Below are positions 10,851 through 20,231 of a DNA stretch of 64,000 nucleotides, in pieces. The stretch covers positions 1,472,001 to 1,536,000 of the forward strand of contig CAVYRW010000004.1 of NCBI GenBank assembly GCA_963771045.1. Reading direction: 5' to 3'. This DNA is from Waddliaceae bacterium (GTDB lineage Bacteria > Chlamydiota > Chlamydiia > Chlamydiales > SLFE01). Both the position numbers and the translations under genes were made by a program. The notes under the pieces were generated by a model, which did not search any database, was not told the origin of the DNA, and was given only the letters and a program-made list of their open reading frames with translations. Every line of letters starts with the position of its first letter. Positions within the stretch are counted from its first letter, which is position 1.

Positions 10851-11453
10851 CTACTTCATCATTGATGTCAAGTTACTGCTATCCACCACGCTGTTTGGGC
10901 CAAACCAAACGGACCAAAGGCCCTTGGCAAACTGCTCGCTCTCAATGGCTCCCACGTTGGTTCCGTTAATCAGTACTTGGATAACTCCTCCTGGAATCCA
11001 TCTGATTTCATGTTCATCGCCGTTTTCCACATTCCCGCTAAAAAATCCTAAGAACTGATTAATTTGTGTTTTAAGCTCCGACGACTCCGCCTCTGAAAAA
11101 ACCTTGCTTAGCGACTCGCGATATCCGTCCTGTACCCGTTTTCCTTCCACGTTCCGCACCCATTTCAAGGTCAACTGCTTAGCCTTATCCGGCTTCATGA
11201 TGGCCTCGATTTTGCTGCCACCGACATCTCCCTTCTGCAAATAAGAGGCTATGCTATAGATTTTAAAAAAGAATTTTTTCCGGGTAGCCACTCCGGTTAA
11301 TGACAGGTCGTAATCCGTTCCGTTGTAAGAAAAAGAGACTTCTTTCGGAAATTTCATCCCTGTATCGCTGCTCACTGCAGTATCTGCTGCCAGAACATCC
11401 AGGCCTGCCAAGCAAAGAACAGCTGTAAATAACTTAATTCCAATGGATTTCAT
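10851..11453 (-). CDS. Chalcone isomerase-like secreted protein
   Basis: Signal peptide; LTGVATRKKFFFKIYSIASY and FAKGLWSVWFGPNSV motifs of the bacterial CHI-fold family. Confidence 0.8.
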   Translation of the reverse strand: MKSIGIKLFTAVLCLAGLDVLAADTAVSSDTGMKFPKEVSFSYNGTDYDLSLTGVATRKKFFFKIYSIASYLQKGDVGGSKIEAIMKPDKAKQLTLKWVRNVEGKRVQDGYRESLSKVFSEAESSELKTQINQFLGFFSGNVENGDEHEIRWIPGGVIQVLINGTNVGAIESEQFAKGLWSVWFGPNSVVDSSNLTSMMK

Positions 11454-11553
11454 AATACTCTCCCTTTTGAGTTATACTTTTTTGTTTAGCAGAAAACCCC
11501 AAAATTGACAAAAGTTAAATGTTTATGTATATTATTCTCATAAGGAGTGACTT

Positions 11554-11982
11554 ATGTCTCACTTTCTCGCAGTTGTCGAATGCATTATTGAGCATGAAGG
11601 AAAGTATTTGATGATTAGAAGGCCCGAAGGGATACACGCTGGAGGGCTTCTCGCCTTCCCTGGAGGCAAAGTGGAATACGAAGACGGCTTTGACTCCCAA
11701 AACATACTCATTAACGCAGTTAAAAGAGAAGTTTTTGAGGAGATGGGCCTCAAATTAATCGATCCCATTCATTTTGCAACAAGCTCTTATTTTATTGGCG
11801 CCCAGCAGCAACACATTCTCGATACTATTTTCTACTGCAAGCTCAATAAAACCAAGGTTGAAATTACCCCTTCTGCAAGGGAAGTTCCCGAGTATTTTTG
11901 GCTCTCATTAGAGGAAATACTCGCCCATGAAAGAACCCCTGAATGGATCGAACCGTATATCTCTAGCACCCTATCAACTTAA
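11554..11982 (+). CDS. NUDIX hydrolase
   Basis: FPGGKVE...AVKREVFEEMG Nudix box with a short insertion. Confidence 0.88.
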   Translation: MSHFLAVVECIIEHEGKYLMIRRPEGIHAGGLLAFPGGKVEYEDGFDSQNILINAVKREVFEEMGLKLIDPIHFATSSYFIGAQQQHILDTIFYCKLNKTKVEITPSAREVPEYFWLSLEEILAHERTPEWIEPYISSTLST

Positions 11983-12042
11983 ACCCGTGATTGTGACCTA
12001 ATCTGAGGCTGGGCGCTACAGATTAGATCACAATCACGGGTT
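11982..12042. repeat. 24-bp inverted repeat (1 mismatch) around a 13-nt spacer; 21 nt of one arm recur at 16-36
   Basis: AACCCGTGATTGTGACCTAATCTG ... CAGATTAGATCACAATCACGGGTT. Confidence 0.75.
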
Positions 12043-12117
12043 AAAATATTAATTTACATTTATTAAATCTTTATAGTTTTTTTTTATAATTTTTTTAAAT
12101 ATATGAGGGGATAAATT

Positions 12118-13323
12118 ATGCATCCGATTAATAGAGTCCATAGTCAAAAAAATAAGAATGCTCTGCCACTTAATTCTATTAAAAAGATACTCGCTGACAT
12201 TCAACTGCCGATTGCATTAGAAGACCAAGAACAAAAAAATGAACTCAAAGAGAAACTCAATAAAGCCTTTCAATTAGTAAAAACTCATCTTGGCACAGGC
12301 GAAAAAAAGAACTATCTCATTTATTTAAGCGAAATTATGACCAAATACGGAAGGCTCTGCTATGAGGAGCACTACCCGACCTGCATGGTTATGATGCGGG
12401 GCTCATTAAACACCCGGCTGCATGCGCTTGGGGCTTCCGACTCATGGTGTTTTGACATTGATGCTTGTGAAAATTTAACCGATTTGACACGCATTCTGTC
12501 AGAGCATGATAAATTTACCTCCTTTGAAGACGAACTGAAAAAAATCGACAGCCAAGCTATCGCCGGCCGCATTGAAGATAAAGCCCACCTGTTGCCGTTA
12601 GGTTATACCCTTTTATGGTTTTCCAATGCCCTTCTTAATTCAGATGGGTTTAAGCCAACAGAAGAAGATAAACTTTTAGCGGCACACAATGAAGAAAGGC
12701 TAGGCAAGGTTTTTGACCTTTGTGAAAATATGTTGCGTTCTGCAGGCACAGAAGAGGCAAATCTCGAACTTGCAGAATTGTATTATAATGGCCGTTGCAA
12801 TGCTTCTTTTCGGGAAAATCCTAAGGATCTCGAAACAGCTTTTTCCTGGCTGGAGCAAGCCAAGATGCTCAACGGTTCAAAACAAATGGCCGCCCGGATC
12901 GCTAATCGGAAATTTTGCACATATTACGACAAAAGCGATTTTGAGAAAGCGAAAAAATATTTATCTGAAGCGATTAATATTTGGCGATCCGTGCCGGATA
13001 AAGACCAAGACCTCTTCCTGATCGCCAATCTGCACAATAATCTGGCAGCAAGCTTGATGAAACAAAATCAATATGACGCAGCCGATAAGGAAATTGATAA
13101 GGCGCTCGAGTATATGAAATCCTGCAAAAAAAATACCCATCAATATTTTGGTATCTATCTGGCTAAAAAAGCCAAAATTAAATTGGTTCAAAATAAGCTA
13201 GAAGAAGCAAAAGTGCTTGTAAATAAATCACTTGAAATTTATCGGATACATTCTGATGCATCTAAAGGATTGATTGAAACAGCCCAAGACCTCTTAAAAG
13301 ATATTCAGAAAGCCATGAACTAG
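12118..13323 (+). CDS. TPR-like helical repeat protein, candidate effector
   Basis: C-terminal TPR pattern (IANLHNNLAASLMKQNQYDAADKEIDKALE, KLEEAKVLVNKSLEI); AT-rich upstream region. Confidence 0.7.
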   Translation: MHPINRVHSQKNKNALPLNSIKKILADIQLPIALEDQEQKNELKEKLNKAFQLVKTHLGTGEKKNYLIYLSEIMTKYGRLCYEEHYPTCMVMMRGSLNTRLHALGASDSWCFDIDACENLTDLTRILSEHDKFTSFEDELKKIDSQAIAGRIEDKAHLLPLGYTLLWFSNALLNSDGFKPTEEDKLLAAHNEERLGKVFDLCENMLRSAGTEEANLELAELYYNGRCNASFRENPKDLETAFSWLEQAKMLNGSKQMAARIANRKFCTYYDKSDFEKAKKYLSEAINIWRSVPDKDQDLFLIANLHNNLAASLMKQNQYDAADKEIDKALEYMKSCKKNTHQYFGIYLAKKAKIKLVQNKLEEAKVLVNKSLEIYRIHSDASKGLIETAQDLLKDIQKAMN

Positions 13324-13467
13324 CAATGATTTTTTACTTAACTCTTTGTATCTATACGAGTTAAGCATTCTAACAACCTAAATCTAAAAATTCTTATTTT
13401 ATATTAAGATAAAATTATTATTATAGTATAATTATATAAAGTAGAGTTTTAATTTATTTTTATTATT

Positions 13468-14514
13468 ATGAGCATACACAATATTAACAACCCAAAACAA
13501 AGACTATTGCCTGAAGGTGTTCAAGCAGGCAAAACAAAGAGCAAATCACCCCAGAAAACAAAAAACATATTCTTCAAAAAAATTTCGAAAACTGCAAAAA
13601 GCGGATGGGGAAAAATCCGAAAACTTGCCGGCCGAGTTTCAAAAGGGCTTGCCTCTCGATCTGCTAAAAAAACCGTATCCTACAAACCTCTTGTAGACGA
13701 AGAACCTGAAGCTCCAGACAGCGGCAACGTAAATCCTTATGTTCCACATAAAAATAAAGGTCCTCCGCCCCCGATACCGCCATTCGACTGGTCGAAATTT
13801 AAAGAATCCACTCCAAAATCTTCGCCTCCCAAGGCACCTCCGTTTGACTGGTCAAAATCGAAAGAGCCGCCTTCTAAACAGGTTATACAAAAATACATTA
13901 AGGAAGAAATACATGCGAATACCACCCCGGGAACTCTCTTGAGATCGGATTTCAAACATGGAGCAATGATCAAATTTGTCGAATCCCATGCGGCAGAATT
14001 TATATCAATGTCGCTTAAACCAACCATGGAAAATGCGATCAACCGTAAAAAAACAAGCCTTGAAGTGAATCCAATATTTCTTCAAAAGTCAATTAGTAAG
14101 AAAGGATTGAAGAAGAGACAGAAAAAATTACTAAGGGCCGTATCGCAATATTTGGAAGATGTGCATCAAGCAGCAGATCAACTTGATAACGAAACAAAAA
14201 CCCTATTAAAATTCATTTATGATGAAGTGAAAAATAAAGAATACAGCAATATCGACAATAGTCCCGAAGAAAAAGTAAAACGTGCAAAACAACAGGTAGC
14301 CGCGCAAATCTTTTTAAGAACGCTCAATCCACGGCTTATCACATCAATAAAAGACCCCAAAGTTCAAAGAGAGTTGATTCTGATTACAAAAATTACGCAA
14401 AATGCCGCCAATCAAGTGGAATTCAATGAAGAATATATGCGCTTTGCAAATGCCTCTTTAGAAAAATTTCAAGATAAAATCGACAAAATCATCCAGGCAG
14501 CGATCACAACTTAA
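13468..14514 (+). CDS. Eukaryote-like RasGAP-domain protein with basic, Pro-rich N-terminus
   Basis: GTLLRSD (arginine finger), SLEVNP, IFLRTLNP and RELILITKITQNAANQVEF..EEYM follow the order and spacing of p120GAP/neurofibromin signature blocks. Confidence 0.8.
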   Translation: MSIHNINNPKQRLLPEGVQAGKTKSKSPQKTKNIFFKKISKTAKSGWGKIRKLAGRVSKGLASRSAKKTVSYKPLVDEEPEAPDSGNVNPYVPHKNKGPPPPIPPFDWSKFKESTPKSSPPKAPPFDWSKSKEPPSKQVIQKYIKEEIHANTTPGTLLRSDFKHGAMIKFVESHAAEFISMSLKPTMENAINRKKTSLEVNPIFLQKSISKKGLKKRQKKLLRAVSQYLEDVHQAADQLDNETKTLLKFIYDEVKNKEYSNIDNSPEEKVKRAKQQVAAQIFLRTLNPRLITSIKDPKVQRELILITKITQNAANQVEFNEEYMRFANASLEKFQDKIDKIIQAAITT

Positions 14515-15253
14515 CAGCTTTAAATAAAGCATAACCAAGATGCTCGTCTTGAAAAATATCTTCGGTTTTTTTGAGATGAATCAACCCGGTTATTCCCCAA
14601 CGTCTTAAGGCTTTCCAAAATATCTTAAGCTGTCCGGAAATTCCCAATTCTTTTTTTGTCTGCTTCATCCATTCGGACATAAGGGTCGGCTTTTCAATGG
14701 TAGTAATTTCCGATAAATTTGCATTTTCGAACAATTTCTTCCAACCTTCCAAAGTTTCGGTCCGCTCCCCTTCCAATTCGAAGAGTTTTTGCTTTAGGTC
14801 CTCCAAGGTATTTTCCTTCCAATAAATATCTGCGATGCCCAGGGTTCCTCCCGATTTTAAAACCCGAACCATTTCAGATAATGCCTTTTTTTGATCCATA
14901 AGTGACAGCGAGCATTCCGATATCACGACATCAAAAGAAGCGTCGTGATAAGGCAGGCTATGGGCATCGGCTTTGGTGAAATCGATCTGAAGATTGTGGA
15001 TTTTAGCTTTTTCCCGAGCTTGCTCAAGTAAATGATCCGAAAGGTCGATGCCAGTAATTTCACATCCGAAATTGCGTGTCAAAATACAGCTGGACTCACC
15101 GGAACCTGAGGCGACTTCAAGAACCTTATGATTTTTCTTTATGCCGCACAGCTTCGCAAGCTCTAGGGTGATATTAGTCCCTCCGGGATGAAATATATCC
15201 AGACCTATGTCGTCATTTTCAACAAGACTTTCAAGAGAAGGCTTAATCCGCAT
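14504..15253 (-). CDS. Class I SAM-dependent methyltransferase
   Basis: HPGG, VLEVASGSG, GIDLS, ADAHSLPY..ASFDVV, EMVRVLKSGG. Confidence 0.9.
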   Translation of the reverse strand: MRIKPSLESLVENDDIGLDIFHPGGTNITLELAKLCGIKKNHKVLEVASGSGESSCILTRNFGCEITGIDLSDHLLEQAREKAKIHNLQIDFTKADAHSLPYHDASFDVVISECSLSLMDQKKALSEMVRVLKSGGTLGIADIYWKENTLEDLKQKLFELEGERTETLEGWKKLFENANLSEITTIEKPTLMSEWMKQTKKELGISGQLKIFWKALRRWGITGLIHLKKTEDIFQDEHLGYALFKAVKL

Positions 15254-15417
15254 TTCTCACACCTAACTGTGAAATTTGTACAATCCGGGTCTTAGTCATC
15301 AAGATGAGAGTATCATATCAGGGACTTCCTTGACAAAAATAAAACATAATTGAATGACAAGGTTATAGAAAACTGCCTTTTTAAACATAGAAGGCCGTAA
15401 GCAGCTGGCAATCAATT

Positions 15418-16488
15418 ATGTGGTACCAAAAACCGTTTTTTAGAAACCTGATCGTGATTGTTTTGATTTTATCGGCAGTCTATTTGGGGTATACCCTCCT
15501 TCCGTTTATCGATTCTTTCTCAGAAGTTGTCACTGTTGTCCTCTATCCCCTAATTCTGACGCTTATCCTCTACTATATCTTCCGCCCTCTTGTAAGGTTA
15601 GTCAAAGAGAAAATCACCGTCTATGGAGGAATACTGCTTGTTTATTTAATTTTATCGGGAATTACTGCGATTTTTGCCTTTTTGGTTTATCCAAAAATTG
15701 TTGAAGAGATTGAACTCATCAATTCGATTGATATCGAAAAATATCTGAGCTTTGAAGATATACAATCTTCCGGAAAAGACACCAAATTCCACATTGAATA
15801 CTATTTGATAGTTGAAATAAAAAAGTTTGTAATTAACGGATTACCCAATTTACACACATATATTGTAAATAAAATACCGTATTTCATTTCAACAATAACA
15901 GATTTGGTTTTGACTTTAATAATAACTCCTTTTATGCTTTTTTATTTTTTGAAAGATGAGAACCTATTATATAATAATTTCATCACAAGCCTCCCTGAAA
16001 AGTTTCAAGACAAGACGAAAACCTTATTACACGAAACCGATCAAATTTTGCTGCACTTCATCACAGCAAGGGTGATCATCTCCCTGATTATCAATAGTCT
16101 GCTCTTAATAGCTTTTTTGATCATGGGCGTCAAATTAGTCGCGATTATTATCGCAATTTCTGTGTTTTTCTACATTATCCCTTCAGTTGGAAGTATTATC
16201 GCAACCTTTTTGGCCCTTCTGATCGGATTTTCTCAAAGTACTTTTGTCGGAATAGAGGTCCTCATTACCATGTCCATAGCAGCCGGTATTGAAGGCTTTC
16301 TAGTCACTCCTCAGGTGATGGGAAAAAAACTCTACATTCACCCTTTGACTGTGCTTATCATTCTTCTTGGAGCAGGATACGTTCTAGGATTTATTGGCCT
16401 TCTTTTTTCCACACCCATTTACGTACTGATAAAACTTCTCTTCAAACATTTTCGGGAGTGGAGGTACCAAAAAGCCGATCAAGCGTGA
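15418..16488 (+). CDS. AI-2E family transporter
   Basis: Multi-TM protein; FYFLKD, IPSVG and IEGFLVTPQVMGKKLYIHPL motifs. Confidence 0.88.
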   Translation: MWYQKPFFRNLIVIVLILSAVYLGYTLLPFIDSFSEVVTVVLYPLILTLILYYIFRPLVRLVKEKITVYGGILLVYLILSGITAIFAFLVYPKIVEEIELINSIDIEKYLSFEDIQSSGKDTKFHIEYYLIVEIKKFVINGLPNLHTYIVNKIPYFISTITDLVLTLIITPFMLFYFLKDENLLYNNFITSLPEKFQDKTKTLLHETDQILLHFITARVIISLIINSLLLIAFLIMGVKLVAIIIAISVFFYIIPSVGSIIATFLALLIGFSQSTFVGIEVLITMSIAAGIEGFLVTPQVMGKKLYIHPLTVLIILLGAGYVLGFIGLLFSTPIYVLIKLLFKHFREWRYQKADQA

Positions 16489-17737
16489 TATTGGCTTCCG
16501 AGTCTTCCTTTGTACGGTCAATTGACTTTAACAGCTCTACGATTTTGGATATCTGCTCATTTGATTCCACCGAAACTATCTTCTGGTATTTTTTATCCAC
16601 TATATCACATATCTCCTTAACGGTATGACATTTGGGGTCGCAAATTAAGTAATATTCATGAACATTTTCTTTAACTTTGCTCTTTGCCATAACATCGCCT
16701 TCGACCAGCCCCTGCATAGTCTCCTGGATAGTTTCAATAGGAATTTTTAAAAGTTTTGACAATTGAATATCGTTAAGTGTGGGCTTGCAGGTGTAATGAT
16801 TTTGTATATATTGATATAAGATCAGGAGGCTTAATTCCTTTCTATTAATGCTCTGTACTTTACCTTCGAACTCATCAATCCCGAATGTCACAATCTCTTC
16901 CATTTGAGCCGAAATTTCAGCCCCTGCCAAAACGATGAGCCAGCTGAATTGAAGCCAGAGTAAAAAGAAAGGGAGGGCCGCAACTGTTCCATAAACGACG
17001 TTATAACTAAAAATATTGATCATGAAATTAATATAAATAATCTGCCAAAACTGATAGCCGCTTCCGGCAATAATGGCGGCGACAACCCTAGGCCAAATTT
17101 TCAACCGGCCATTTGGCATGATCCAATACAGCAAAAAGAAGACAATCCAGCTCAAAACCCAGGGTGACAACGACAAGATAAACAAAAAGAAGTCGGAAAT
17201 GACAACAAGTCCTGTATATTCTTTAATATGAATCAGTTCAGTTTTTGCATATAAGGTCAGGCTGGCAGAAACAACAAAAAATACAGGAGTGATGATGATG
17301 ATAGCCAGATAATCCGTAACTTTTCTAAGCAAAAGTCTTTCAGTTTGAATTTTCCATATATGGTTCAATGCGCTCTCTATGTAACTGAACAAGTTTAGGT
17401 TCGTCCACAGCAGAAACAAGATACCAAATCCTATCATCATGCTCCCTTTTAAGTGGGCAAGCATACTATGCGCAATTTCTATAGCATGCTGCATTACCTC
17501 TTTCTGCTGGTAAAATCCTTTGACAATAAGAGTTTCCAAATATTGATTAAATCCGAACCCCTGGCCAAGACCGATGGCAAAAGCTAAAAGAGGCACAATT
17601 GACTGAAGTGTATAAAATGTTAAAATTGAGGCTCTTGCATAACAATCATCCATCCAAAAGTAATAAGCTGCCGAGATGATGATTCTATACGTCTTTTTAA
17701 AAAAATGGCCAATAAACCTAAGAAAACTCAAAAACAC
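16442..17737 (-). CDS. YihY/virulence factor BrkB family membrane protein with C-terminal HTH-like extension
   Basis: ASILTFYTLQSIVP, ALNHIW, LYWIMPN, YNVVYG..AALPFFLLWLQFSWLIVLAGAE. Confidence 0.88.
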   Translation of the reverse strand: MFLSFLRFIGHFFKKTYRIIISAAYYFWMDDCYARASILTFYTLQSIVPLLAFAIGLGQGFGFNQYLETLIVKGFYQQKEVMQHAIEIAHSMLAHLKGSMMIGFGILFLLWTNLNLFSYIESALNHIWKIQTERLLLRKVTDYLAIIIITPVFFVVSASLTLYAKTELIHIKEYTGLVVISDFFLFILSLSPWVLSWIVFFLLYWIMPNGRLKIWPRVVAAIIAGSGYQFWQIIYINFMINIFSYNVVYGTVAALPFFLLWLQFSWLIVLAGAEISAQMEEIVTFGIDEFEGKVQSINRKELSLLILYQYIQNHYTCKPTLNDIQLSKLLKIPIETIQETMQGLVEGDVMAKSKVKENVHEYYLICDPKCHTVKEICDIVDKKYQKIVSVESNEQISKIVELLKSIDRTKEDSEANITLDRLFGTSTPENV

Positions 17738-17941
17738 ATCCTGTTTATTTTTAGTGAATTATAAATCTTATCACTCCTAACTTGAATATATAAATTATAG
17801 ACATTTAAAGTCATGAAAAAGTCCTTTACTAAATCATCGCATCTTATAAAATGAAAATATAGACAAAAGCTCCCCATCATCTCAGTATTTATTTTTAGCT
17901 AGTCGCAAAACTTTAACGTTATCTAAACAAAGGATGGAATC

Positions 17942-18349
17942 ATGACCGCAAATGAAATCATTTTATTAATTATTGCCATAGCATTTGTCATATTTGTGAT
18001 TTTTGCGGCGATAGTCCTTATTAAATTGGCAAAAGTTTTATTTTCACTGCAAAAACAGATAGATATTATAGGCGCCGAGACAAAAGATCTTGTTCACTCC
18101 GCAGGTCAAATTTCAGATGATTTTCTGTATAAAATGAAAAACACCAACCCATTATTCCAGGCTCTGTCCAATGTCGGCGAAGGGCTGGAAACCAAGAGCT
18201 ATCATTTTAAAGAAAGAGCTTATTGGCAAAGCCGTCAAAAACATTGTAAAACTCAATCGGAAGCAGAAGACCTCGTCACTGATTTTGTTAATTTAGCTCT
18301 GGCAGGAGTACAGGTTTGGCTTTCCGTTAAACATAAAAACGAAGGTTAA
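17942..18349 (+). CDS. DUF948/YoxC-like membrane-anchored coiled-coil protein
   Basis: N-terminal TM (LIIAIAFVIFVIF) followed by a coiled coil; lies upstream of a YtxH-like gene. Confidence 0.65.
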   Translation: MTANEIILLIIAIAFVIFVIFAAIVLIKLAKVLFSLQKQIDIIGAETKDLVHSAGQISDDFLYKMKNTNPLFQALSNVGEGLETKSYHFKERAYWQSRQKHCKTQSEAEDLVTDFVNLALAGVQVWLSVKHKNEG

Positions 18350-18360
18350 GGAGAATTTAT

Positions 18361-18939
18361 ATGGAAGAGGGCAGAATAACCACAAACGAGCTTTTGCTCG
18401 GCGGAGCCATTGGAGCCCTGCTGGCCGCAGGCTCGATTGTTCTTTTAAGATCAAAGCATACCGAATCATATGACACAGGAATCAAAGGAAAATACCAGAA
18501 GTATAAAGATAATATCGAAGAATTCCTTCTATTATTGGAAGACAACATTGAAACAAAAGTTTCGGATAAAGCCCAAGAGTGGGGCCAAACGGTCAAAGAT
18601 ACATCGGAAAATTTAAAATCCGAACTAAGCAAATTCACCGGAGAAGAATACAGCGAGCTAAAAACAGGACTCTTAATTGGAGGTCTTCTGGGTACTGTCC
18701 TTGGGATCGAAGCCACTAAATTGTACTATTCGAAAAATATCAAACAACCGCGTTTCGATGTCCAATCCTTGATTTCCAACAATACGGGTAACTGGAAAAA
18801 CATAGTCCTGGATATTCTGGAAATTGCGGCCAATCGCTCTGACTCCAAACGCGGCAGTCAGAAAGCCGCCAATAAAGTTGACAATATCGTCAATATTGTT
18901 GATTCCGGAATCCAACTTTGGAAGCGCATCAATAAATAA
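18361..18939 (+). CDS. YtxH-like protein with two Gly-rich hydrophobic segments
   Basis: LLLGGAIGALLAAG and GLLIGGLLGTVLG motifs. Confidence 0.6.
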   Translation: MEEGRITTNELLLGGAIGALLAAGSIVLLRSKHTESYDTGIKGKYQKYKDNIEEFLLLLEDNIETKVSDKAQEWGQTVKDTSENLKSELSKFTGEEYSELKTGLLIGGLLGTVLGIEATKLYYSKNIKQPRFDVQSLISNNTGNWKNIVLDILEIAANRSDSKRGSQKAANKVDNIVNIVDSGIQLWKRINK

Positions 18940-18947
18940 ACCTTACA

Positions 18948-18991
18948 AAAAATTAATGGAGCCTTTCAGACGAAAGGCTCCATTAATTTTT
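18948..18991. terminator. Bidirectional rho-independent terminator
   Basis: AAAAATTAATGGAGCCTTTC-agac-GAAAGGCTCCATTAATTTTT perfect stem between convergent genes. Confidence 0.85.
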
Positions 18992-19011
18992 AATGATTTT
19001 TTCTTCAGATT

Positions 19012-19200
19012 TTAGAGATGATGCTCGTGTTCGGCGAATTCTCTAACCGAAATGAGAATAAGAATCCCGGATGCAATTGCAAGCAATTCGATGAATGCAC
19101 GGGGATAAAAGCCAAGGTCAAGACCTAGAGCAGTAGCCAATCCTGTAAGAATCAGGTAGACTGCTAAAAAAATCAAACTGATTATTTTCACAACGCTCAT
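19012..19200 (-). CDS. Small two-TM membrane protein
   Basis: 62 aa, two hydrophobic helices, GAGG RBS; paralog at 19497-19679. Confidence 0.75.
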   Translation of the reverse strand: MSVVKIISLIFLAVYLILTGLATALGLDLGFYPRAFIELLAIASGILILISVREFAEHEHHL

Positions 19201-19496
19201 ATGTACCTCTCAGGTTTTTTAAAAAGGTTTTCTTTCTAACCTTACATTTATAATAATCATGATTATCCTGTCCATTATTTTTTTAAAACATTTTTACTCC
19301 CCTTAAACTCAAATACTTATGGGCGACAGAGTGCTAATTTTTCAGCAACTACTTTAGTATCAATTATTTATTTTTTCCAGAGATCGCAAAAGGTGCAAAA
19401 TTCCCATAGAAAATGGGGAATCTAGTAGACATAATAATCGGTTTTATTATAGAGGTAAGGTTAAAGAACATCAAAAAAAAACACTTGGAGGTTGAT

Positions 19497-19679
19497 GTGT
19501 ACGTTGTAAAAATAATCGGCATGATTTTATTAGCCGTTTTTCTAATTGCAAAAGGATTGGAAGGCTTTCTTGGTTTACACCTAGCCGCAGTTCCCGAGTT
19601 CATTATAAGTGTGATAGGAATCGCAGCCGGAGTGTTAATTCTGGTTTCCATAAGGAATTTTTATCTTGGAAGAAGATGA
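19497..19679 (+). CDS. Small two-TM membrane protein, divergent paralog of 19012-19200
   Basis: GGAGG RBS then GTG start; shared VVKII..I.LAV.LI..GL...LGL.L and IA.G.LIL.S.R pattern. Confidence 0.75.
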   Translation: MYVVKIIGMILLAVFLIAKGLEGFLGLHLAAVPEFIISVIGIAAGVLILVSIRNFYLGRR

Positions 19680-19683
19680 AAAA

Positions 19684-19707
19684 AAGAGGGGGCAGCTGCC
19701 CCCTCTT
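19684..19707. terminator. GC-rich hairpin, probable terminator
   Basis: AAGAGGGGGCAG/CTGCCCCCTCTT palindrome with adjacent A-tract, between convergent genes. Confidence 0.7.
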
Positions 19708-19772
19708 AATATTTCTTCCCCCAAAAATTTTTACTGTGTGCAGCACTTGACCACATCCGGTGAGAAATGGGG

Positions 19773-20231
19773 CTAAATAGGATGGGCATAAGAGACGGCA
19801 ATTTTCCATTTTCCGTCTTTTTGACGCCTGAGAACATCCAGCCCTTTTTCTTTGATTGTCTTCACTTCTAATGAACTTGTCACCGTAAGCGTCCAGATCA
19901 ACCGCACTACAGCTAAATCCCCTTCAATAAAGATTTGCTCGATCTCGGGAGTAGCATAATGGTATTTTTTTTCGGGGTCTTTCAATGCTAGCGAAAATTG
20001 CCGGCACATATCCTGAAAGTTTCTATCTTCGATTCCCGGATAGCTTGCGATAACATCTTCAGCAAACAGACCGCATACAGCTTTTGTATTTTTTGCGTTA
20101 AAATCTTTTGGCCATTGCATCAATAGACCGATAATTTGCTGTTTTGACTGCATGTCTTGGAGGTTTTCAGCAGGAACCAGTGACATCTTGCAAAATATGA
20201 AAATCAGCACTACTTGGAAAAATTGATTCAT
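19773..20231 (-). CDS. NTF2/SnoaL-like (DUF4440-type) protein with signal peptide
   Basis: LFAEDV, GDLAVVRLIWTL and DVLRRQKDGKWKI motifs. Confidence 0.8.
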   Translation of the reverse strand: MNQFFQVVLIFIFCKMSLVPAENLQDMQSKQQIIGLLMQWPKDFNAKNTKAVCGLFAEDVIASYPGIEDRNFQDMCRQFSLALKDPEKKYHYATPEIEQIFIEGDLAVVRLIWTLTVTSSLEVKTIKEKGLDVLRRQKDGKWKIAVSYAHPI

